Below, piece after piece: positions 21,896 through 31,806 of a DNA stretch of 64,000 nt. The translations under genes and the position numbers were made by a program. The stretch spans positions 446,690 to 510,689 of the forward strand of contig CAVZRV010000029.1 of NCBI GenBank assembly GCA_963777605.1, read 5' to 3'. Within the stretch, counting starts at the first letter, position 1. The number at the start of each line of letters is the position of its first letter. Source of the stretch: an uncultured Acidobacteriota bacterium (GTDB taxonomy: Bacteria; Acidobacteriota; UBA6911; RPQK01; JAPXNP01). The notes below the pieces were generated by a model. That model worked only from the letters and a program-made list of their open reading frames with translations. It was not told the origin of the DNA and did no database searches.

Positions 21896-23379
21896 GCCAG
21901 GCAGAGAATTCGCGGAAACGGCTCATCATCGTCTCCAACCGGCTGCCGGTTCGGGTCACCCGGGACGCCAGCGGTACATGGCAAGCGAAAACCGGCAGCG
22001 GCGGTCTCGTGACGGCATTGACCCCGATTCTCCGCGATCGAGCCGGGGTCTGGATCGGCTGGCCCGGCGTCGCCGAGGAGGACGCCCCGTCCGATCTCCG
22101 GGAGACTCTCGAGAAGGCCCGAGAAGAACTTGGATACCGTATCGAACCGGTCTCCCTGACACGCCGGGAGGAGAAGGATTTTTACGAGGGATTCTCGAAT
22201 GAGATCGTCTGGCCGATCTTCCACGACCTGCAGTCTCTCTGCAACTTCAATCCCCGGTACTGGGCTGCCTATCAGACTGCGAACCGGAAGTTTGCCGAAG
22301 CGATAGCCAAAGAATGGACGCCGGGCGACTATGTCTGGGTCCATGATTACCACCTCATGAGTGTGGGCCAGGAACTGCGCCGCCTCGAGGTCTCCGCCAG
22401 CGTCGGTTTCTTTCTGCATATTCCCTTTCCTCCGCTCGATATCTTCCTCAAGATCCCCTGGAGGCTGGAACTGCTCAGGGCGCTGCTCGATTACGACCTG
22501 ATCGGCTTTCAGACCGAACGTGACCGGCGGAATTTTGTGCAGTGCGTGCGGGCCCTGATTCCGGGTGTGATGTTCAAGGGCCGGGGGCGAGTGGTCTCGG
22601 CACGCCTGGGGGATCGTGAGATCCGGACTGGCAGCTTCCCGATTTCAATCGATGCGGCCGACTTTGCCGCGGCGGCCGACACGCGAGAAGTCGCCGATGC
22701 GGCCTGGTACATCCACGAGAACCTGCCGAAGCGCCAAATCGTCCTGGGGGTGGACCGACTCGACTACACCAAGGGGATTCCCTACCGTCTCGAAGCATTT
22801 CGAGAGGCCCTGATCCGTCATCCGGAACTCCGTGGAAAGATCTCACTGGTGCAAGTCGTCGTGCCGAGTCGGACCGGCGTCTCTGAATACCAGGATCTGC
22901 GTTCCGAAATCGAACGGCTCGTCAGCGCCATCAACGGTCGGTTCACCCGCTCCGGGTGGGTGCCGGTTCACTACATTTTCCGCTCCCTCTCCCGGACCGA
23001 ACTACTTGGCTACTACCGCGCCTGTGAGATTGCGCTGATCACTCCTCTCAAGGATGGGATGAACCTGATCGCAAAGGAGTACTGCGCATGCCAGACTCGA
23101 AACGACGGGGTGCTGATCCTGAGCGAGTTTGCGGGTTCGGCGCCGCAATTGCGAAAGGGCGCCATCCTGGTCAACCCGTATCACATTCTGCAGGTGGCCG
23201 ACACCATCCACACCGCCTTCAATATGGGCAAGCATGAGCGCCGTTCGAGGATGCGACGACTCCGAAAGGCGATTCGCCACCGCGATGTCTTCTGGTGGGT
23301 TGACTCGTTCCTGAAAGCCGCCATCTCCAAAGACCTTGACGACTTCCCAGTCCTCGATGGATACCTCGCCGGGCACTGA
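21892..23379 (+). CDS. otsA: alpha,alpha-trehalose-phosphate synthase
   Basis: Motifs VSNRLP, GGLVTAL, WVHDYHL, FFLHIPFP, GVDRLDYTKG, DGMNLIAKEY and LSEFAG. Confidence 0.95.
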   Translation: MSQAENSRKRLIIVSNRLPVRVTRDASGTWQAKTGSGGLVTALTPILRDRAGVWIGWPGVAEEDAPSDLRETLEKAREELGYRIEPVSLTRREEKDFYEGFSNEIVWPIFHDLQSLCNFNPRYWAAYQTANRKFAEAIAKEWTPGDYVWVHDYHLMSVGQELRRLEVSASVGFFLHIPFPPLDIFLKIPWRLELLRALLDYDLIGFQTERDRRNFVQCVRALIPGVMFKGRGRVVSARLGDREIRTGSFPISIDAADFAAAADTREVADAAWYIHENLPKRQIVLGVDRLDYTKGIPYRLEAFREALIRHPELRGKISLVQVVVPSRTGVSEYQDLRSEIERLVSAINGRFTRSGWVPVHYIFRSLSRTELLGYYRACEIALITPLKDGMNLIAKEYCACQTRNDGVLILSEFAGSAPQLRKGAILVNPYHILQVADTIHTAFNMGKHERRSRMRRLRKAIRHRDVFWWVDSFLKAAISKDLDDFPVLDGYLAGH

Positions 23380-23552
23380 ATCGCACCGCCGGTTAACCTG
23401 CATTCGAGAAAATGGAAGAATGCCGAAACCAACCGTTATTACCGGCGACGAGGCGGTGACAGAACCGGACCCAGAGGGTTGAATGGGGCGAATTACTGCG
23501 TTGGAGAGACCCGCGGCGAAAATGGAACGAGCCCGGGACGCTCGGAACTGTA

Positions 23553-24499
23553 ATGGATATGGCTTCAATGTTAGAGGTTCTGGCTGAAGTCCGCAGGAGG
23601 TGGGTCCGAAGAAGGAGGCATCTCCTGGCGGGTCGCTTCTGGGGGAAGCAACACTCCGGTTTGACCGCAACTCACGCATTCTGGTTGGGAGTCGACGAAG
23701 TCATGGCATGGGTCAACCTGAAGGTCTCGGGACAACCCCAGATTTGGCCACTCTCATGGTTCTTGATGTCGTTGCCAGCAGATCAATTGCCGGTCCAAGA
23801 TGCACTCTCGATTGGATGTGGAGAGGGCAGCCTGGAACGGGAGGTCCTTCGGCACAAAGCGGCTCATCGCGTGACCGGAATCGATGTCAGTCCGAAATCT
23901 CTCGAACTGGCATCTGGGGCGGCCGAGAAGGCAGGATACGCAGATCGGCTCGAGTATCGGTGTTCCGACGCGAGGAACTGGCTCGCAAGCAGCGGGGGGG
24001 GCGATCGACCTCATTTTCTTCCACGCCAGTCTCCATCATATTGAAGAGCTTGAAGACGTACTGAGTCTTTGCGCGCAACGGCTCACGGCCGGCAACCCCG
24101 GGCTGCTGTATGTCGACGAGTACATCGGTCCCTCCAGGGACGAATGGACCGAGTCGGACCTGAGCCATGCCGCGACCCTTTTCCAACGGGTCCCGCGCAG
24201 ATTCCGCCAGGAGGAAACGGCTGAACTTTCCAGTCGCCTACGAAGACCCCACGGAAATGATCCGCTCATCGGAGATCGAGCCAATCCTGAGGCAGCACTT
24301 CGAAATCGTCGAGTACAAGCCGTATTACGGCAACGTTTTGATGCCGCTCGTCTGTGGGATCCGGCCCGAAGGCCTCGATAAACCCGAGGTCCGAACGGTT
24401 CTGAAAGACGCCATGGCCCTGGAAGACGATCTTGCGGAGCGAGACTTGCTGGCCCCACTCTACGCGGTTTTCGTGGCTCGCCCGAAGTCCGTTGGATGA
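23553..24499 (+). CDS. class I SAM-dependent methyltransferase, 2 frameshifts
   Basis: Motifs LSIGCGEG, GIDVS, ASLHHIEELE, DEYIGPSR and DPTEMIRSSEI; one shift falls at the G-run near 23994-24001. Confidence 0.75.
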
Positions 24500-24658
24500 C
24501 GGGCTGAACGAGTCATATCGGCCGGTGTCACGGTTGCGAAATTGTGCCAAGAGCTGTCACAGGGGGGAGGGAGATTGAAGGTTTTCATTGCTTTGTTCCA
24601 TGCGCCTGTTGATGATCAGTAGGTCGATCAGAGGGACACTTCAACTGAGGAGCGCATC

Positions 24659-26158
24659 TTGAGAATCAAACGATTTGCGGTAGTGTTGACCGGGCTCTGC
24701 TTGTTGGGCACAGGTGGGGCCCTGGCGCAGATGAACCGGTTTCAAACCGAGGATTTCAGCCAGCAGGCCGTCGTACTTGTGCCGCCGCCGGTGCCCGACG
24801 GTTCGGATGCAACACGGCTCTTCGCCGACTGGGGCATTACGATTTCCACCGAATCGGGGCAGGCGCCGGTGACAGGTACGCGGTCGGCGGTAGCCAATTT
24901 TGGTATCCCTCCGGCTCCGGTTCCGGTCATCCTGGGCTCCGGTCCGAATGGGGAGGATACCGGGGCCTTGATCATCAACTGCATCGCCCCCGTTCGTCGT
25001 TTGTACCTGTCTTTGGGAGCGGAACCGGTGTTGGTTGCTACGGTACGATACTTCGACCTCGAAGGAGTATTGCTGGGGGAGCTGTCAAAGACCCTTCTGC
25101 CAGAGTATTTTCCGGCCGTGCCGTTTGTGGTTGAGGCTGAGGAGGGGCGATCCATCGGTCGGATCGAAGTCGAGTATGACAATCCGACTGAGCCGGAAAC
25201 GCTCTTTCTGATTGACGCCGATTTCGTTACGCCTCCAAGTTTTCGCTCTTGTGCGGCCCAGGTGGCCCACGGCCGGCTTCCCGACCAGGAGCGGACGCTC
25301 GAGACCCAGCTCTCCGTGACCAATTCGGCTGTACCGGACAGCCTCGATGCATTTCACGCCAAGGCCGTTGTCTCGCTCGAGTTCCGAGATTCCGCCGGTA
25401 CTCTCTGGCCGGCGATTGGAGACGGAGAACCGACGAGCCGACTGGACTTTACGCTTCAGGATGTCGAGTCGAAGATCGTCCGGACCACGAACTCGGTTTC
25501 GGAGCTGGATCAGGGTTATGCCTGCGCCACGTCGAACTACCCGCTGGAGTTGGCCGCCGTCTACCGGATCCTGGATGCGGACGGAAGGCCGGTTTCAGAG
25601 GCGGGGATCCAGGGGACCGTTCCCGGTTATCGATTCTTCGGGATCGCGCAGAAGGACCGGGAGGAGGAGACGAACACGGCACTGGCGCTGGCCAACCTGT
25701 CGGCCGAAGAGACAACGATTTACATCCGGCTTCTTCTTCCGCAGTTCGAACGCCACGAGGTGGAATGGGTGCTGGCGCCCGGAGAGCAGAGGGCGGCGTT
25801 TGTCGATGAACTGGTCCCGGAACTGGCGGATCGGGATTTTGACGGCAGCATCGAGATCGTAGGAGATGAGGAAATCGTGGGGACCCTCCTCCGGACGATT
25901 CGCGGAGTCGTCTCCTCAAGCCTCCCCTTGGGCCGCTCCCCACCGGTAGCCGGTAGCTCACCCGCTATCCCAGATGCTGACACGGCCTCCGGTTTGCTTC
26001 TCCAGTACCTCTGCGATCAACTCAGGATCTGCCTCCTTCAAGTAGATCAGAAGCCGCCTGCCGCCACGGGTTTCGATAATGCAGCGTTCCGGTTCGATCG
26101 TCAGTCGGACGACATCACTATACGGAACGAACTGACTTCTGCCGAACCGCGATCTTGA
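24659..26158 (+). CDS. secreted protein: small beta-sandwich passenger + shared C-terminal domain (paralog 1; true end probably ~25960)
   Basis: Signal peptide; motifs LFADWGITIS, EAGI, TNTALALAN, LAPGEQRAAFVDELVP and LRTIRGVVSSSLPLGR. Confidence 0.85.
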   Translation: MRIKRFAVVLTGLCLLGTGGALAQMNRFQTEDFSQQAVVLVPPPVPDGSDATRLFADWGITISTESGQAPVTGTRSAVANFGIPPAPVPVILGSGPNGEDTGALIINCIAPVRRLYLSLGAEPVLVATVRYFDLEGVLLGELSKTLLPEYFPAVPFVVEAEEGRSIGRIEVEYDNPTEPETLFLIDADFVTPPSFRSCAAQVAHGRLPDQERTLETQLSVTNSAVPDSLDAFHAKAVVSLEFRDSAGTLWPAIGDGEPTSRLDFTLQDVESKIVRTTNSVSELDQGYACATSNYPLELAAVYRILDADGRPVSEAGIQGTVPGYRFFGIAQKDREEETNTALALANLSAEETTIYIRLLLPQFERHEVEWVLAPGEQRAAFVDELVPELADRDFDGSIEIVGDEEIVGTLLRTIRGVVSSSLPLGRSPPVAGSSPAIPDADTASGLLLQYLCDQLRICLLQVDQKPPAATGFDNAAFRFDRQSDDITIRNELTSAEPRS

Positions 26159-26419
26159 ATGGAGGCCGGTATCTAAGAACTGGGTCTTCCGAACAAACAA
26201 ATCGAGAATCGCCCCAATCCCTATCGGGTAAACCAGCAAAACGATGTAATAGCCCCGGCCAAGCTCGCGAGCTCCCTCCCAAAGCAACGGGCCGAGCACG
26301 ACGAGCCCAACGAATCCAATCAAAGAGAGAGGCGGTATCGCCCACTCGCTCTTGCGGTGAGAAATACTCTCCCATGTCCATCCTGGACGTTGCGATTCAT
26401 CCGTTCGGCTCCCTGCCAT
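25958..26419 (-). CDS. small membrane protein (2 TM + PH-like soluble part)
   Basis: Two hydrophobic segments followed by GLHSRSRFGRSQFVPYSDV. Confidence 0.5.
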   Translation of the reverse strand: MAGSRTDESQRPGWTWESISHRKSEWAIPPLSLIGFVGLVVLGPLLWEGARELGRGYYIVLLVYPIGIGAILDLFVRKTQFLDTGLHSRSRFGRSQFVPYSDVVRLTIEPERCIIETRGGRRLLIYLKEADPELIAEVLEKQTGGRVSIWDSG

Positions 26420-26530
26420 TAACTGCTCGGTTTCCGGGCACGTACCTTCGACGGTTACAGGGGGCGACGTAATAAGGCAGCAAAGCGGTTTCTTGCCGTG
26501 TCCCGTCCCCATCGCTACGTTGAGAATGCC

Positions 26531-26743
26531 TCAACTCCTTCGTTTCTCCTCCTTCCTACGCACCAGTAACGAAATTGAGAATCCCACGGTTCCGTAGAGT
26601 CCGAGAGATCCAAGAACAACAGAGACGCAGAGCATTATCTGGTAGCTCGAGCCCGAAAGCCTCGGAAGAACGAAACAATAGGAGCCAAGTCCGAAAACGA
26701 ACATCGAGAAGGCAAGAATAAGGACCCGTTTGGTTCTCCCCAT
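26531..26743 (-). CDS. small 2-TM hypothetical protein
   Basis: 70-aa hydrophobic ORF with a basic tail. Confidence 0.45.
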   Translation of the reverse strand: MGRTKRVLILAFSMFVFGLGSYCFVLPRLSGSSYQIMLCVSVVLGSLGLYGTVGFSISLLVRRKEEKRRS

Positions 26744-26753
26744 TTCTTTCAGC

Positions 26754-27123
26754 TCAGTCCGCCTCCCAGCAATGGCGGGCGATCCACTCCTGGAGGACGG
26801 CAATGGCGTCGGCCGCGTGTTCACCCCAGTGAATGTCGAAGTTCGCGCGCCACTCGTGTGCGGCGTCCTCAATTCTGCCCTTCTCGTAATATCGAAGGCC
26901 AGACTTCAAGTCGCTCCAAACGTCGGCAAGATCGTCCGCCAGATCGCCAACCATGAACTCAAGGCTTTCGGATCGGTTCGAACGCGTTCCATCGCTCTGG
27001 CACCCACCGACCACCATCAATCGATCGAACCATCTTGAGAAGCGACGCTCCGCGCTCAGGCGACGCCAAACACCGAGTCGACCAGGCTTCGATTTCGAGC
27101 AACTTTCGCGTTCGTCGGTTCAT
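26754..27123 (-). pseudogene. chimeric remnant: 54-aa N-terminal fragment joined to a DUF5063-like C-terminal fragment
   Basis: 27123-26959 reads MNRRTRK...PERWNAFEPIRKP*. A different frame continues GDLADDLADVWSDLKSGL...WRANFDIHWGEHA. Confidence 0.55.
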
Positions 27124-27137
27124 CCAGGCTTCTCTTA

Positions 27138-27497
27138 TTAATCTGAATGGGAGGAAGGCTCTCTTCCCCGGACTTCGGTTTCCACTCCAGATTCACTCTG
27201 CCGGGCCGCGAGGTTGGGTACAGGCCCGTTTCCGCCTGGGTTTTTCAACAGCCATTCGCGCCTTTCCGCCTTCCAAATAGGGGTCAGTACCAACCCTGCA
27301 AAAGCAGCCCAGAAAGAGAATCCACAAATGAGGATTATCAACGCCCTCAGGAGTTCACGTTGGCTCGATACATTCAACGCCAGCAGCGCACAACTCAAAA
27401 GGAAGAGAACTGCCCCAATGAACCGCAGCCGTTTCAGAAAGCGGATGATCCGGTCATACCCGTCTAAGGATCGCTGTGGTTCTTGGTACCTAGCCAT
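27138..27497 (-). CDS. small 2-TM hypothetical protein
   Basis: Two hydrophobic segments; AT-richer sequence. Confidence 0.45.
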   Translation of the reverse strand: MARYQEPQRSLDGYDRIIRFLKRLRFIGAVLFLLSCALLALNVSSQRELLRALIILICGFSFWAAFAGLVLTPIWKAERREWLLKNPGGNGPVPNLAARQSESGVETEVRGREPSSHSD

Positions 27498-27583
27498 CTC
27501 ATGTACCCTTAAAGGATTAATGCATTTAAACCACCTCAGAAAGGGCCGTCTTTCGACTGGGTCCAGATCAATATCGCCTCCGA

Positions 27584-28374
27584 TCATTCCCTGAAGAACC
27601 ACAGCCAGAAATCCTGCGAACCGGCACCGTGAGCATATCGCATCTCGAAATGGTGCTTTGCCGCCATTTGCTGCATGTCTTCTTCGGAGAAGGAGACTCC
27701 CACCCAGGTGGCCATTTCTGTTTCACGGGCATCCGGGACCCGGTGATCGCTTCGAAAGAGCCGGCTCCACTGCTTCACATGAGGTGACGGCAACGAAGCC
27801 CCCTGCGCCTGGAACTTGAATAGCCGTCCCGGCTTGAGCACGCGGGCGACTTCTGCGATGTAGCTCTCGACGATGGACGCTCGAGGCACGTGTTGAAAGA
27901 CCAGCATTGAAAACACAAAGTCGAAGGACTGGTCGGGAAATTGTTGCAGGGTCGAGCCATCGTTTTGAAATACCTCACGTTCGGCAGATCGCTCAGATAG
28001 TGCGTCGCGTGCCGGATCATTTCGTGACTGACGTCCACGCCGACCACCTCTCCAAAGATGTGAGCCAAGGCCCGGGTGATCCGACCGACACCGCAGCCAA
28101 TTTCCAGAACCCGCATTTGCCTGGGGTCGTCGCCCTGGGTGATGTTCACCATGTCGTTGAGGATGTGCTGCGCAGTGGTCGTCTCGCCGCTGGCAAAGAA
28201 TTCCTCCTCACTCCACTGCCGCTCGCTGGTGGCCACATAATGGAGTGGATTCTTTCGGGCCCGGCGGTTCCAGTCGGCCCGCATGATCCAACGATCCAGG
28301 ATCCGTTGTGCACCGGCGCGGATGGACTCGAACCGGTTTCGAGCACTTTCCACCAAACGAGTCTTGTGCATCAT
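27584..28374 (-). CDS. class I SAM-dependent methyltransferase, one frameshift near 27965
   Basis: Motifs VLEIGCGVGRI, GVDVS, VFQHVP and RVLKPG. Confidence 0.8.
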
Positions 28375-28934
28375 CCTTCCCTGAGTCTTTGAACGGGCCG
28401 CCCGAATTATCTTCGTCTCGGATTCCATCGACCGAGGAGTGGAGAGCACGTTTCATTCCTTGAGTGCGAATTCCCTCTTTGGGCCTGTGAGAATCGAGGC
28501 GACATGAACCCTAGCCTCGATCGCTACTGGCCTCATCTGGCTTGTGGGGCCGCACGTTTGGGGCAACCGGGGACACGTGATCCGGCCAAGGTCGCAGGGC
28601 TCAGGCTGCCTGATTTGTGCGGTCGTCCAACCCAGCGGGCGGGTCGGAATGTCCCGGCGGTGTGTCACTTGTAGGACTTTTGCGTTGGGATTTCCCATGA
28701 GGAGATCTCCTGTGAGAGAAGGGCTGACAGGGACTATCGGAGCCTTTTTACAGAAATGGGTGCTCAAATGCTCTTCCAAGTTTCTCTGGAATGCGATGTG
28801 CGTAGAACGTAAGCTGGCGTTGGCACGGTCAATCTGAACCGTTCGACCATGGGCGCTGGAATGTTCTCTTGATGGCTCGGATTGACCGCTTGCCGCCTGG
28901 GGCTTGGCGCCGGCAAAGGGAGGAGGAATTCACG

Positions 28935-30263
28935 ATGAAGCGATGGGGCAGATCGTTGACTTACACAATCTTGGTTTTGGTGGTGATTGCACTCGGAGAG
29001 GTTCCAACGAGCGCCCAGCCGTATGGCTGGGGGCCGTTTGACTTCGGTGAGGACTGGGTTGCACTGGTACCTCCACCCCTGCCTTCGGGACTGAGTGCCA
29101 GTCATGTCTTTGAGGACTGGGGCGTGACGATTTCAAGCGGGTCAGTCCAGGGCCCTCGAACGGGCACACTGTCCGAGGTTCCACACGTCAACCTCGTTAC
29201 CCCGATTGCAGCTCCGGTGATTCTCAATGGCTCGGAGTCGGAGGTGAGTGCGGGAGGCATGACCATCAATTTCGATGAACCCGTGCGGCGAGTTTCTTTG
29301 AACATGGGAGCCGAGTCTGAAACCAACGTAGTCGCACGGTTCTTCGATCGGAGTGGGACTTTCCTGGGTGAGGATACGGGGACACTTTACGGCATCTATC
29401 CCGACGAATTCGCCCTGGAGGACGCCGACGGCGCCGGGATCGTTCGTGTGGAGGTGGAATACGAAGAAACGGATGTCCCCGAGGCGCTCAATCTCATCGT
29501 CGCCGAATATGTCGAACCGCGTCCGTTCCAGCGATGTGTCTCTCAGGTGGCGCAGGGTGCGATGCCGTTCGGAGACCGAACTCTCCAAACACTGCTGACG
29601 ATCACAGGGTCGTGGAACCGCACGTTTTTCAGGATCCCGGATGGACAGGCTCAGATCTACTCTCTTGAATTCCGAGATCTTGAGGGTGCTCCGTTAACAG
29701 TCAACCTCGATGGGACTGTGAACAGCGAGTTCGAGTTACTTTCCAGCGGTTATATGCATCGTTATCTGGAATCACGAATTCTTCGGACTTTGGGCTCCGG
29801 CAGACCACTGGACCAGGGCTATGCCTGCGCCACTTCCAAATATCCCTTCGAACTGGCGGCGGTTTACCGGGTTCTCGATTCAACCAGTGCGCCTCTCGCA
29901 GAAGCGGGAATCGACAGCTCCATTCCCGGCCAAAGCTTTACCGGCGTTTTCGAAAAGACGCTTGCCGAGGATACGAATACGGCACTGGCGCTGGCGAATG
30001 TCTCGGACTCCGAGGCGACGGCAAGTGTCACGTTCTTCATGAGTCCCAACACGACAATGGAAACAGAAGTGGTCCTCGGTCCGGGAGAACAGGGCGCCTG
30101 GTTTGCGGACGAACTGGCGGAGGCGTTGTCCGGCCGTGATGCCGAAGGGACGGTCGAGATCATCTCGGATGAGCCGGTTGCGGTGACGATCCTTCGAACC
30201 ATTCAGGGCGTCGTCTCGGCCAGTCTTCCGCTGCGGAGGGTCCCCGCTGGCCCGGCGAAGTGA
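28935..30263 (+). CDS. secreted protein with shared C-terminal domain (paralog 2)
   Basis: RBS aggagg; signal peptide; motifs VFEDWGVTIS, EAGI, TNTALALAN and LRTIQGVVSASLPL. Confidence 0.88.
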   Translation: MKRWGRSLTYTILVLVVIALGEVPTSAQPYGWGPFDFGEDWVALVPPPLPSGLSASHVFEDWGVTISSGSVQGPRTGTLSEVPHVNLVTPIAAPVILNGSESEVSAGGMTINFDEPVRRVSLNMGAESETNVVARFFDRSGTFLGEDTGTLYGIYPDEFALEDADGAGIVRVEVEYEETDVPEALNLIVAEYVEPRPFQRCVSQVAQGAMPFGDRTLQTLLTITGSWNRTFFRIPDGQAQIYSLEFRDLEGAPLTVNLDGTVNSEFELLSSGYMHRYLESRILRTLGSGRPLDQGYACATSKYPFELAAVYRVLDSTSAPLAEAGIDSSIPGQSFTGVFEKTLAEDTNTALALANVSDSEATASVTFFMSPNTTMETEVVLGPGEQGAWFADELAEALSGRDAEGTVEIISDEPVAVTILRTIQGVVSASLPLRRVPAGPAK

Positions 30264-30367
30264 CGGCGTCAGCGCCATCGGCAGCGACCCCATCACGCGT
30301 GATTGATGGTGCTCGGCATTTTCTATGTGGCAATCAGAAAGAACAGCAGTTGGAGAGGGCGTTTATT

Positions 30368-31693
30368 ATGATCGGCTTGCGCTTGTTTCGGGCACCCAAC
30401 GGCACCATCGGATGGCTTCTGGCACAGACGGCCTGGATGTGCTGTGCGGGTTTCGCAGTTGCCCAAGTTTCGGAGATCACGGACCCGGCTCAGTTATCCG
30501 AGCACGCGGTCTCCCTTGAATTTGGAGGGGAGCGTCGAGTGGACGTTGCACTGGCCGGTGCGCCGGCCGCGACGGTCTTCAAGAGATGGGGAGTTACGTT
30601 TCGCGGTGCCCCTTCGTCCCCCCCGCTGATTAAAGCCTGGGATAGAAATTGCGGAAGCAACCCTCCCAACTTCATTTCGTTCCTGCGGAACAACAGCCCC
30701 GGTGAAGATATGAACGATCCTGGCAAAGCGCAGGCTGCTCAGCCACTGATTGTTGATTTCGAGGTTCCCTTAAAGGCCGTTCTCTTTCATCCCCCGGCAT
30801 ACTTATGTTTCGGTGCATCCCACATGGTCTTCCTGGAAGCCTTTGACCCTCAGGGCACGTCACTGGGAACCGTTGAGCACGATGGATTCTCGGGACCGGT
30901 TGGGCTCGAAACCAGCTCTCCTCTCGGGATTTCAAAGGTCGTATTCGACTATCGCGATTCAACCCCGGAAGAATTCGAAGCGATTACCATCGACTATTTG
31001 GAGGGTGAGCGGATCTTTACGACTTATCTGGCCCAGATAGGAGCCGGAACGGTGACCTCCGAAAATTCGGAGGATCTCACGCTGTCGACCTCTTTCATTG
31101 TCTCCAATCCCGCCGGCGTCCCGGCCAAGGGACAGATCTCGTTCTTCGATAACGACGGGCAACCCATCGTCTTAAGCCTGGATGGATCCTCGGCCAGCGC
31201 ATTCGATCTCTCGTTGGATCCTCTGGAATCGAAGCTTTTGTCGATGGACGACCTCCCGTCTTCCGTGATGCTGGGGTACGCCATCGTCAGCGCGAATACC
31301 CCACTCGACAGTCTCGCGATCTTCTCTGTCTACGATTCATCGGGATTGGAGTTGTCCAACGCCGATGTTGAGGCAACAACCGGTGTTTTTTCTGCGGTCG
31401 CTTCGGCGCAGAAAGTCACCAACGGTCGACTGGACAGTGGCCTGGCCATTGTCAATACCAGCCAGAAGGAAGCCACCATTGAACTAAAGGGGAATGGAAT
31501 CTGGGCTTGGCTGACACTGGGCCCGGGAAAGCATGCGGCGCAATTCCTCGCGGAGTTGTTTCCCGAGTTGCTGGACCAGGATTACCAGGGGACGCTGCAT
31601 ATCGTGAGCGATCAGCCCCTTGCCGTTGTCGTGCTTCGGACGAGAGCGGGGCTTCCGGTGTCGGCCGTCCCCGTTTCCAGCCTGCAGAAATGA
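30368..31693 (+). CDS. secreted protein with shared C-terminal domain (paralog 3)
   Basis: Motifs VFKRWGVTF, YLAQIGAG, SGLAIVN, LGPGKHAAQFLAELFP and LRTRAGLPVSAVPV. Confidence 0.85.
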   Translation: MIGLRLFRAPNGTIGWLLAQTAWMCCAGFAVAQVSEITDPAQLSEHAVSLEFGGERRVDVALAGAPAATVFKRWGVTFRGAPSSPPLIKAWDRNCGSNPPNFISFLRNNSPGEDMNDPGKAQAAQPLIVDFEVPLKAVLFHPPAYLCFGASHMVFLEAFDPQGTSLGTVEHDGFSGPVGLETSSPLGISKVVFDYRDSTPEEFEAITIDYLEGERIFTTYLAQIGAGTVTSENSEDLTLSTSFIVSNPAGVPAKGQISFFDNDGQPIVLSLDGSSASAFDLSLDPLESKLLSMDDLPSSVMLGYAIVSANTPLDSLAIFSVYDSSGLELSNADVEATTGVFSAVASAQKVTNGRLDSGLAIVNTSQKEATIELKGNGIWAWLTLGPGKHAAQFLAELFPELLDQDYQGTLHIVSDQPLAVVVLRTRAGLPVSAVPVSSLQK

Positions 31694-31806
31694 AAAATGC
31701 TCATCAGGATGACAAGTCGGCTCAGATTGACTCGCGTCCCGAGTTCGGGAGAACAGAAAGCCTGCGCCGTGAAGAAGCTGTCGTCGAAAGAGAGTTTGGA
31801 GCACTC

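Noticed and set aside
25958-27600. Integron cassette array
   Set aside because: No RYYYAAC...GTTRRRY attC hairpins were found between the ORFs, and there is no IntI.
28815-28840. Sigma-54 promoter (ttggcacggtcaatct) upstream of paralog 2, and a similar site near 24535-24550
   Set aside because: The -24 GG is present but the -12 GC is absent or mis-spaced.
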